A stretch of 64,000 nucleotides of DNA from Candidatus Poribacteria bacterium (GTDB taxonomy: Bacteria; Poribacteria; WGA-4E; WGA-3G). This document shows, piece by piece, positions 20,897-29,612 of this stretch. The notes beneath the pieces were generated by a model. It was not told where the DNA came from and made no database searches. It was given only the letters and a program-made list of their open reading frames with translations. Location: positions 64,001 through 128,000 of the forward strand of contig CBDBFU010000026.1 of the NCBI GenBank assembly GCA_965205025.1, given 5' to 3'. Each line of letters starts with the position of its first letter. Position 1 is the stretch's first letter. The position numbers and the translations under genes are program-made.

Positions 20897-22795
20897 TTAC
20901 TTGTTAAAATATTTTTCAAGGCCCCATACAAGTATTGTACCATCACGACTACTGCTTGCAAGCGTTTTACCATCAGGAGAGACAGCAATATCAGTGACCC
21001 ACGATGTATGTCCAACGAAGGTGTGTAAAGCTTCTCCTGTCTGTGCATTCCAAAGGTAAATTGCAGTATTATAGCTGCCACTGGCAAAAATGTCTCCTTC
21101 AGGGAAAAACGCGAGAGAAGTGACATCACCCTTATGCGAGATTGGGCGTAAACGTAATTTGCCGGTTTCCACATTCCACACCAAGATAGTGTTATCTTCT
21201 CCACCACTTATCAGACTTGTGCCATCTGGAGAAAATACGACATCATAAACGTTGTCTGTGTGTCCGGTAAGTGTTTTTAAGTGTTCTCCAGTGTTGGAAT
21301 CCCACAACATAATCGTGTTGTCGGAACTTCCGCTTGCAAGTAGGCTTCCATCTGGCGAAAACACAATAGTGTTTACAGATTGTGTATGCTTACTAAGAGT
21401 TCTTAACAGATCGCCTATAAGTAATTGTTCACCAGTGCGAACCTCCCATAACCGAATGTTGCCGTTTCTGTCTCCGCTTGCAAGTTTGCTGCCATCTGGA
21501 GAATAGGCGATGGAGCTAGCCTGAGATGTTCCGTCTATGAAACTTCCCATGAATCTACCGGTTTGCACATCCCACAAGCGAATCGTGGTGCCTGAATATC
21601 TCGTGCCGCCATTGGCAAGCACTTTGCCATCCGAAGAGTAGGCTACAGAATAAAAATAGGTGCGATGAGCAGTTATGTTTTTGAGAAGTTCGTCTGTGTG
21701 TAAATCCCACAATTGCAGTTTTACACCGCCCCCACTGGCGATGGTGTTCCCATCTGGAGCATACGCAATTGAATGGACTCTATTTGTATGTCCGGTGATA
21801 GTTTTAAAAAGTTCCATTGTTCTGCTATTTCGAAATCGAATAGTTCCGTCATAACTGCCGCAAACAAGCGTGTCCCCATCGGGCGAATACGCTGCCGTGG
21901 TAACAAAGCTTCCGTGTTTAAAGGTATTCAGAAGATTACCCTTTGCCACGTCCCAAATACGGAGCGTCCAGTCATGGCTTGTACTCGTCAGCGTTCGCCC
22001 GTCAGATGCGAAAACAACAGAATTAATATAGCTGCTATGTCCGATGAGAGTTTTCAAACGTATTCCTGTAGCAACATCGAATATATATATCTTAGCATCA
22101 TCTCCTGCACATGCGACTATTTTACCATCTGGCGAAAAGGCCACAGTTCCCACCCAGGTATCTGGTACAAAAATTGTAGTCAGTTGCTCACCGTTAGATG
22201 CCGCCCAAAACCTTAGTGTACTATCCCTTGCCCCACTTGCAAGCATCTCACCATCGGGAGAGAATGCTACACAATAAACTGATCCTTCATGTCCACTGAG
22301 TGTTTTTATCGGTTCACCTGTGTTTATATTCCATAACAGAATAGTATCGTCGTAACTACCACTCGCGAGCATCTGTTTTTTTGGGTTAAATGTAACTGAA
22401 CTAACACCACCTGTATGTCCAACAAGTGTAGCTTGATTCTTGCCAGTTTGTGTGTCCCATAATTCAATAGTGCCATTGCTACCATCCGTGGCAAACATCT
22501 TTCCATCATAACTAAAAGCTAGAGAATTGACGTTTGTAGTATGTGTTGATAGCAGATCAATTTCCTCACCTATGTGTACATCATAAATCCAAGTGCCAGC
22601 GGATGTTGCTACAGCGATTTTGTTCCCATCGGGAAAGTACTTAATATCATTTATTTTCCCTTTCCCGTATCGTGCTATGGCATCTGTTGGCAAACCCCAG
22701 CGTGTATATTCACCGGAGAAAGCGTTTGGCATGAAAATTGAGTACATAACAGAAATTACAAGCAACACCAATCGAAACAGATTCTTTTTACGCAT
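20897..22795 (-). CDS. Secreted WD40-repeat protein (tandem paralog of the next gene)
   Basis: Signal peptide, WGLPTDAIARYGKG cap, WD40 repeats, ends LEKYFNK. Confidence 0.92.
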   Translation of the reverse strand: MRKKNLFRLVLLVISVMYSIFMPNAFSGEYTRWGLPTDAIARYGKGKINDIKYFPDGNKIAVATSAGTWIYDVHIGEEIDLLSTHTTNVNSLAFSYDGKMFATDGSNGTIELWDTQTGKNQATLVGHTGGVSSVTFNPKKQMLASGSYDDTILLWNINTGEPIKTLSGHEGSVYCVAFSPDGEMLASGARDSTLRFWAASNGEQLTTIFVPDTWVGTVAFSPDGKIVACAGDDAKIYIFDVATGIRLKTLIGHSSYINSVVFASDGRTLTSTSHDWTLRIWDVAKGNLLNTFKHGSFVTTAAYSPDGDTLVCGSYDGTIRFRNSRTMELFKTITGHTNRVHSIAYAPDGNTIASGGGVKLQLWDLHTDELLKNITAHRTYFYSVAYSSDGKVLANGGTRYSGTTIRLWDVQTGRFMGSFIDGTSQASSIAYSPDGSKLASGDRNGNIRLWEVRTGEQLLIGDLLRTLSKHTQSVNTIVFSPDGSLLASGSSDNTIMLWDSNTGEHLKTLTGHTDNVYDVVFSPDGTSLISGGEDNTILVWNVETGKLRLRPISHKGDVTSLAFFPEGDIFASGSYNTAIYLWNAQTGEALHTFVGHTSWVTDIAVSPDGKTLASSSRDGTILVWGLEKYFNK

Positions 22796-22827
22796 GAAGG
22801 TAAGCTCCTTTATCTATATTAGTACCA

Positions 22828-24720
22828 TTACTTGTTAAAATATTTTTCAAGGTCCCATACAAGTATTGTGCCATCGTAGCTACTGCTTGCAAGCGTCTTC
22901 CCATCAGGAGAAAACATAACGTCAGTGATCCTTGAAGTATGTCCAACAAAGGTGTGTATTTGATTTCCCGTTTTTGCATTCCATAGATAAACTGTATCGT
23001 AGAAACTCCCACTTGCAAAAATGCTCCCATCAGAGGAAAACGCGAGAGAAGTGATATGACCATCATGCGGGATTGGCGGTAAACGTAATTTACCGGTTTC
23101 CACATCCCACACATATAGTGTGTCATCATCTCCACCACTTATCAGACTTGTGCCATCTGCAGAAAAAACAGCATCACGAACATAGTTTGTGTGTCCAATA
23201 AGTGTTTTTATGTGTTCACCACTCTTGGCATCCCACAACATAATTGTGGTGTCCGAACTCCCGCTTGCGAGTTTGCTTCCATCCGGGGAAAACACAATGG
23301 AATTCACAGATTTTGCATGGGCACTAAGCGTATTTAATAGATCCCCGATAAGTGGTTGTTTACCAGTACGAACCTCCCATAACCGGATGTTACCATCGTA
23401 GTAGCCTATAGCAAGCGTGTCACCATTTGGAGAATAGGCGATAGATCTCGTACGGGATCTTCCATCACTGAAACTTCCCATGAACCTCCCCGTTTGTACA
23501 TCCCACAAGCGAATTTTACTCACAGATGTGAGATTACGTCCGCTTGCGATTGTATGACCATCGGGAGAGAAAGCCGCAGCATAAAAATAAGTCCGATAAC
23601 CCGTGATAGATTTGAGAAGATCGCCTGTATGTAAATCCCACAATTGCAGTTTTACGCCGTCACCACTGGCAATGATGTTGCCATCTGGAGCATACGCAAT
23701 TGAATGGAGCAGATACGTATGTCCAGTGATGGTTTTTGAGAGTGTCCAATCGTTACAGTTCCAGAACCGGACAGTGCCATCGTAACTTCCACTGGCAAGC
23801 ATTGTGCCATCTGGTGAATATGCTAATGTTGAAACGCGTCTTTGGTGATATAGTGTTTTAAGTAGGTTGCCAGTGTTGATATCCCAGAGTCGAACTGTCT
23901 CATCATGGCTTCCACTCGCGATCGTATGTCCGTCAGGTGCAAAGACAACAGAATTGATAAATCCACCGTGCCCAGTGAGGGTTTTCAAGTGCTCTCTTGT
24001 AGCAACATGATAAATATATACCTTATTTGCTGCACATGCTACTATTTTGCCATCTGGGGAAAACGCCAAAGTTTTCACCACAGTATCTGGAACAGAGATA
24101 ATATCTTGTTGTTCACTGGTAGTTGCATCCCAAAATTGTAATGTCTGGTCATCAGCTCCACTTGCAATTGTTTTTCCATTCGGTGAAAATGCCACACAAT
24201 ATATTACTCCGTCATGTCCAAGAAGTGTTTTTGTCGGTTCACCTGTGTGTATATCCCATAACAGGATCCTTTGGTCGGTACTTGCGCTCGCGAATCTCCT
24301 GCCATTAGGACTAAATGCAATTGAATTAACACTACGAGTATGTTGAACAAGTGTAGATATATTTTGATCAGTTTGAGCATTCGATAACTCAATTATACCA
24401 TCACTTCTTCCAGTGGCAAACATCTTCCCATTATGACTAAAAGCTATAGCTCTAACGTCTGCAGCAGGTGCTGGTAGCAGATCAATTTCTTCTCCTGTCT
24501 GTACATCGTATATCCAAGTGCCAGCGGATGTTGCTACAGCGATTTTGTTCCCATCCGGAAAATACTTTATGTTATATATTTTGCCTTTCCCGAAACGTGC
24601 TATAGCATCTGTCGGCAAACCCCAGCGTGTATATTCACCGGAGAAAGCGTTTGGCATGAACATTGAATACACTGCTGAAAACACAAGCAACAACAAGCGA
24701 ACCAGATTCTTTTTATGCAT
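22828..24720 (-). CDS. Secreted WD40-repeat protein (tandem paralog)
   Basis: AAGGAG RBS before ATG at 24720; same N- and C-termini as 20897-22795. Confidence 0.92.
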   Translation of the reverse strand: MHKKNLVRLLLLVFSAVYSMFMPNAFSGEYTRWGLPTDAIARFGKGKIYNIKYFPDGNKIAVATSAGTWIYDVQTGEEIDLLPAPAADVRAIAFSHNGKMFATGRSDGIIELSNAQTDQNISTLVQHTRSVNSIAFSPNGRRFASASTDQRILLWDIHTGEPTKTLLGHDGVIYCVAFSPNGKTIASGADDQTLQFWDATTSEQQDIISVPDTVVKTLAFSPDGKIVACAANKVYIYHVATREHLKTLTGHGGFINSVVFAPDGHTIASGSHDETVRLWDINTGNLLKTLYHQRRVSTLAYSPDGTMLASGSYDGTVRFWNCNDWTLSKTITGHTYLLHSIAYAPDGNIIASGDGVKLQLWDLHTGDLLKSITGYRTYFYAAAFSPDGHTIASGRNLTSVSKIRLWDVQTGRFMGSFSDGRSRTRSIAYSPNGDTLAIGYYDGNIRLWEVRTGKQPLIGDLLNTLSAHAKSVNSIVFSPDGSKLASGSSDTTIMLWDAKSGEHIKTLIGHTNYVRDAVFSADGTSLISGGDDDTLYVWDVETGKLRLPPIPHDGHITSLAFSSDGSIFASGSFYDTVYLWNAKTGNQIHTFVGHTSRITDVMFSPDGKTLASSSYDGTILVWDLEKYFNK

Positions 24721-24774
24721 GAAGGTCAACTCCTTTGCAACAAATCAATATCATCATCATGTCTTAGAAAACTA

Positions 24775-26676
24775 CTATGGATTAATTTTCCAAAAAATCA
24801 TAGTGCGATCATGACTACTACTCATTAATGTCTTACCGTCTGGAGAAAAGGCAATTGTGTTTATATATTCAGTATGGCCAATATATGTTTTCTTCAGTTC
24901 TCCTTTATCTATATCCCAAAGATTGATCTCACCTTGATCCCAAAGATTTGTCTCCCCATGATGTGAGCTGGCTAATGTCCGTCCATCAGGTGAAAACGTT
25001 ACGGAAATAGTTGGCTTCTTTGGTATGATAGATTTTATATGCTCACCGGTTTTTGCATCCCAGAAACGGATAGTATCGTCATTGCTTACACTCACGATCA
25101 TATTTCCTGAAGGTGAATATGCTACCTTGTTAATCCTATCGGTGAAATCTTCAATAGTTTTTAAGGCTTCACCGGTGTTAACATCCCATATTCGGATTGT
25201 GCCATCACTACCTGCACTTATAAGCGTATTTCCAGATGGAGAGAATGCCAAATCATGGATATGTTGCTGATGTCCTACAAACGAATTAATAATATTTCCA
25301 CTGTGGACACTCCACAAACGAACTACTTTGTCATAACCACAACTCGCGAGTATATTTCCGTCAGAACTGAAAGCAACAGATGTAATTCTATCATCGTGCG
25401 CTTCCAAAATAATATGATTTTGCTCTCCAGAGTCTATATCAAATATTGCCAAAGCACCTTCAGAATTACCACAGGCGTAGGTCATATTATCTGGTGAATA
25501 TGCAGTGCTGGTGATTCCATTTAGCTCAGTGTTAACTGTTTTGATAAGCGTGATTGTATTCGTATCCCACAGCTGAAAATCGCCTGTAGATAATAGACAT
25601 GCAAGAGTTTGCCCATGCGATGCATACATTGCAAATCTCACTAATCCTACTCTGTGTCCATTAACAGATTGTAGAAGATCCCCCGTATCAATATCCCAAA
25701 TACCTATAGTATTATCAGAACCGTAGCTTACAAGCGTCCTGTCTTTAGGATTGAATGTCATCGAATAGACTCTACGTCCATTTCCACTATGGGTGAATTG
25801 TATCTGTTTTTTGTTGATATCCCATACTCGAATGGTTCCATCATTACTACCAGATATGAGTGTTTTACTATCTGGAAAAAATGCGATTGAATAGATACGT
25901 TCTTGATCAGAATTGCCATCTTGAGAGTTTGGTATAAGAGACATGAAGAATTCACCTGTCTTTGCATTCCACACATGTATTTTTTCATCGTAACCATAAC
26001 TTGCAAGTTTTTCTCCATCAGGAGAAATGATTACACCAGAAACTCTGTCTAAATGTCCAACAATAGTTCGTATCGGTTCGCCTGTCTGGACATTCCAAAA
26101 CCGAATAAATTCATCTCTACTGCCACTTACCAAGGTTTTTCCATCTGGACTAAATGCAACTGAATAAACACTCCTTTTATGACCTGTTAGCGTCTTCTTG
26201 ATTTCACCTGTGTGGATATCCCATAACCGAACGGTGCTGTCGGAACTGCCACTTGCAAGGATGTTTCCATCTGGACTGAAGGCAACTGAATAAACACTTC
26301 CTGTGTGTCCGTTTAGGGTTGCTACGGTTTCACTTGATTGACGATCCCACAACTTGATCGTATGATCGTAGCTACCACTTGCCAGCATGTTACCATCTGG
26401 ACTGAAACACACCGAAGAAACACGACTCGTATGTCCTGTTATCAAATCAAGTTCTTTTCCAGTATGTTTGTCATATATCCATACACCTATTGATCCTCCC
26501 ACAGCAAGTTGAGTGTCATCTGGAGAATATGCGATTTCTGACACAGAACCTTTCCCGACCCGATCTCTTGCCCCTTCGGGTAAGTAATCTTTCATATATT
26601 CTTCGGCGAAAACGTTTGGCAAACATGACACAGAAAAAATAAGAAGCACAATAAGAAAAGTAAACTCTGTTTTCAT
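24775..26676 (-). CDS. Secreted WD40-repeat protein
   Basis: GGAGG RBS before MKTEF; signal peptide ending VFA; LPEGARDRVGKG cap; WD40 repeats. Confidence 0.92.
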   Translation of the reverse strand: MKTEFTFLIVLLIFSVSCLPNVFAEEYMKDYLPEGARDRVGKGSVSEIAYSPDDTQLAVGGSIGVWIYDKHTGKELDLITGHTSRVSSVCFSPDGNMLASGSYDHTIKLWDRQSSETVATLNGHTGSVYSVAFSPDGNILASGSSDSTVRLWDIHTGEIKKTLTGHKRSVYSVAFSPDGKTLVSGSRDEFIRFWNVQTGEPIRTIVGHLDRVSGVIISPDGEKLASYGYDEKIHVWNAKTGEFFMSLIPNSQDGNSDQERIYSIAFFPDSKTLISGSNDGTIRVWDINKKQIQFTHSGNGRRVYSMTFNPKDRTLVSYGSDNTIGIWDIDTGDLLQSVNGHRVGLVRFAMYASHGQTLACLLSTGDFQLWDTNTITLIKTVNTELNGITSTAYSPDNMTYACGNSEGALAIFDIDSGEQNHIILEAHDDRITSVAFSSDGNILASCGYDKVVRLWSVHSGNIINSFVGHQQHIHDLAFSPSGNTLISAGSDGTIRIWDVNTGEALKTIEDFTDRINKVAYSPSGNMIVSVSNDDTIRFWDAKTGEHIKSIIPKKPTISVTFSPDGRTLASSHHGETNLWDQGEINLWDIDKGELKKTYIGHTEYINTIAFSPDGKTLMSSSHDRTMIFWKINP

Positions 26677-27158
26677 CAAACAGACCTCCATTTTTGCGTA
26701 AGATTGCAATGTACGCAGTGAAATAGCAACTCATACAGAATCATAGTACGACTATATATTTCACACGTCATAGCGCGGAGAGATTACAAACTCAATCAGA
26801 AACACAACAAGAGATTGTAGATAGTGTCTATTAAGAAATATGAATGAATTTAGGATTTAACGAAAAGTAGTAACATCTGGCAGGCACATTGGAAACTGAC
26901 CTACCACACAAAAGAGTGGTTCATGACTTCTAATGTATAAGACAATTTGATGTGTATAAAGGTAGGGTGGGATCAAATCAACACCGAACGTACGCACAGC
27001 ATTCGGTGATAAATCAATCGTGATGTACGGACCTAATACTGCATCAGATCCATGAATCTAATAAATAAACGAACCACCCTTGTTAATTTGAATATCTAAA
27101 TTTCCAACTGGTAAGTATACTACATTTTTTATCTGATGGCAAATTTTCCGATTCCAAG

Positions 27159-27547
27159 GGGTGTGTAAAGTTTTTGTCACTAAACATTACGCTGCTATTG
27201 TATCTGGATACCCAATATTTATCTCAAGTATCATCTTTAGTATTCATCTCAACCCCAGTTATGTTAGATGTATGGATACTGTGTATTGTAAAAAACTGTT
27301 AATATTTGACGTCTTGATTTTTATTCACTTTCACGGAAACCTTCACGGAGCAATTCTACGAAGCCTTATTCTATAAGGGTTTATAATTAAAGTATACCAA
27401 TTCTCCGTGAATCACATACGTTAATATTATTATTACTCAAGTCTGTATTAAGTACTTATATGTTTTTCATACGAAGTGTATTGGCACATAGCACTCCGCT
27501 GGAGTGCGAGCCTGTTCCGATATTGTTTTCTATTACTTTACACACCC
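27159..27547. mobile_element. MITE-like element (family C) with 13-bp perfect TIRs and 9-bp flanking direct repeat
   Basis: GGGTGTGTAAAGT ... ACTTTACACACCC; GATTCCAAG at 27150-27158 and 27548-27556. Confidence 0.75.
27261..27427. repeat. ~165-bp dispersed repeat; inverted copy at 38242-38407
   Basis: Shared blocks ATGTTAGATGTATGGATA, TTCACGGAAACCTTCACGGAGCAATT and ATACCAATTCTCCGTGAATCACATACGTTAATAT. Confidence 0.8.
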
Positions 27548-27720
27548 GATTCCAAGCAATAACCTTTACCAAATTGACATTTATGTTGCAGTTAGAAACC
27601 GCATCTACCTTGGTAGTGTCAATGTCCAAATTAAGCACAAGAATGTTCATTTTCCATACAAATTCAATGAATTCATTCATACATAAATTCTTGAAAATAG
27701 GATTGGTAAACCAGAATTGG

Positions 27721-27737
27721 TTGGCACTATAATTGCA
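27721..27737 (+). promoter_or_regulatory. Sigma54 promoter consensus with no adjacent gene
   Basis: TTGGCAC-TATAA-TTGCA. Confidence 0.6.
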
Positions 27738-28392
27738 ATAGGAATCCTTGAAAATAGAAGAGATAATAACTTAAACCATGCGGAACACTACCCTGGGTGT
27801 AAAGTTTTTGTCACTAAGATCATGAATCTTGTATTTATACCTACACCTGGAACATTTACAAGTTGTCTTTTACCACCAGCTGGCATTGCAGGAACATATT
27901 TCTATAAGCCTGCACCTCCAATTTCAAAATTTGTCGGAAAAACACCAGAATATGTCTCTGTTTATACATCAACTTACAAATCAAAAAGAGGTAGTATTCA
28001 AGCAGGTATGACTTCTGCAGGATGTTTAACCGGATGTGTAGTGTAGGATGTTCACTTATTTTTTTGAGTTTGCTTTTTATTGAAACTCGCAGAAAATATC
28101 TATGTAGTGAATAGTATCGTAAATAAGCGGTCATCAGTTCCCTCTTTTGATGTCCAACGGGTGATATTTAACATGGTGACTTGACCTGTCATCGCAAACG
28201 GGGCCAGGGTTATTTGCTGCTTCATCGGCAGTGGTCATTAGAATCTTTTGTATTTTTCAGGAACCTGTGATAATATATTCATTGGAAACACCTCTTGTAT
28301 AATGTAAAAAGTAATATTTTATATACATTATATAGGAGAGGAGGTGTTTTCACTTAACAATAATTATTATTGAAAAATCAGACATCGATAAC

Positions 28393-29388
28393 GTCCTGCG
28401 GGGAGACACAAAACCCCGTACCTATGACTCTATTTGCTGGAGGTAAATCATCATGAAAACACTTTTGCATGTGCTGATGCTCCCTATGCTTATCGTTGGG
28501 TTGTGTGGCATTACAGACGCGGAGAATATCGTAACCGATGGACTTGTGAGTTACTGGACCTTTGATCAGACAGACATTATTGGTGACACTGTCAGAGATG
28601 TTTGGGGAGAAAACGATGCGACAATTGTCGGCACCCCAAGTGTTGTCAACGGACACCTGAAAGATGCCCTTAAATTTGATGGTATCAAGGATTATGTGAA
28701 CTTAACGACTCTCGGCAATTTTGGTGCTAAACTCGATTTTTCCACGGTTGAAATGTGGGTTAAAACGGATTACAAAGAAACATGGACAACAATTTTCAAA
28801 GCTGTAGGCACTGACTGCAATAATCAGGGAACTATGATTTGGGGAATAGATATTAACAGAATGTCGAACGATAGAAGGCATGATGTTTTTGGGCCTGCGT
28901 TTATTTTTGGCGAGGATGTCATGCTACTGTATGTGCCCTCTCTTTTCAAAAATAAAAATGGGTGCAGACTTTCTGTGCTTACGGGCAAATTTCCGATTTC
29001 AGATGGTGAATGGCATCACCTCATCTATACGAATAAGCATGTAGATGAAAACGGTACAGAATGGAGCAAACGCGCGCTTTTTATAGATGGAACTCTGATT
29101 CAGGATTCAGAGTTCCATCCAAGACTTCCGAACGATCCGATCAAATATGTGCCATTCTCTGAATCTGTGTATCTTGGTGCAGGAAATAATCGTGGTAGAG
29201 CCGAAGGCTTTTTCAACGGGATTATTGATGAAGTCCGCATTTACGATCGTACTCTGACTGAAACAGAAATCAGGCGCAATTATCAATCTACTACGGGCCT
29301 CGCTGTTGACCATACAGATAAGTTACCAACGGTTTGGGGTGCCCTGAAGAAACAATAGATATCTGTCCTGTGGGGAGACACAAAACCC
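28393..29388 (+). repeat. 24-bp direct repeats flanking the LamG CDS (28393-28416 and 29365-29388)
   Basis: GTCCTG[C/T]GGGGAGACACAAAACCC, one mismatch. Confidence 0.85.
28453..29358 (+). CDS. Secreted LamG/concanavalin A-like domain protein
   Basis: GLVSYWTFD, ALKFDG, DGEWHH, FNGIIDEVRIYDRTLT; ends LAVDHTDKLPTVWGALKKQ; GGAGG RBS. Confidence 0.9.
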   Translation: MKTLLHVLMLPMLIVGLCGITDAENIVTDGLVSYWTFDQTDIIGDTVRDVWGENDATIVGTPSVVNGHLKDALKFDGIKDYVNLTTLGNFGAKLDFSTVEMWVKTDYKETWTTIFKAVGTDCNNQGTMIWGIDINRMSNDRRHDVFGPAFIFGEDVMLLYVPSLFKNKNGCRLSVLTGKFPISDGEWHHLIYTNKHVDENGTEWSKRALFIDGTLIQDSEFHPRLPNDPIKYVPFSESVYLGAGNNRGRAEGFFNGIIDEVRIYDRTLTETEIRRNYQSTTGLAVDHTDKLPTVWGALKKQ

Positions 29389-29612
29389 TCATACACTACC
29401 TGAGTCAATATCATTTACACGGATTGTTCAGGGAAAGGGTTTTGTGAGTGTAAGTGGGGAGACCATAAACTAAACGTGCCTTCAAGTGATTCATGCCAAA
29501 AACTTTACATACCCGATTCCAAGTCGCACCTTCAGGAAGTTTTCGCTTTGTAGAATCTTGAACAAGGTTGTTATGCATGATGTTTTTCTTTATATAACTT
29601 CTTTGTTGAACT

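Larger units (their letters stand above)
27795..29514. mobile_element. Putative family C cassette carrying a LamG gene
   Basis: Left end GGGTGTAAAGTTTTTGTCACTAAG (27795); right end TCATGCCAAAAACTTTACATACCC (29491-29514), followed by GATTCCAAG. Confidence 0.5.

Noticed and set aside
26760-26790. Possible fourth copy of the ECF promoter upstream of the WD40 gene at 26676 (TGTAAT...CGTGTGA)
   Set aside because: Several mismatches in both boxes and a 15-bp spacer; too weak.
27717-28134. Short ORFs between the sigma54 site and the LamG gene
   Set aside because: They overlap repeat ends, lack RBS or recognisable motifs, and conflict between strands; possibly decayed coding DNA but unassignable.
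28385-28440. Resemblance of the LamG upstream repeat to a c-di-GMP-I riboswitch (GAC.CAAA.CC)
   Set aside because: It lacks the GGCAAAC start, the GNRA-capped stem and a clear second hairpin, so the call is not supportable by eye.
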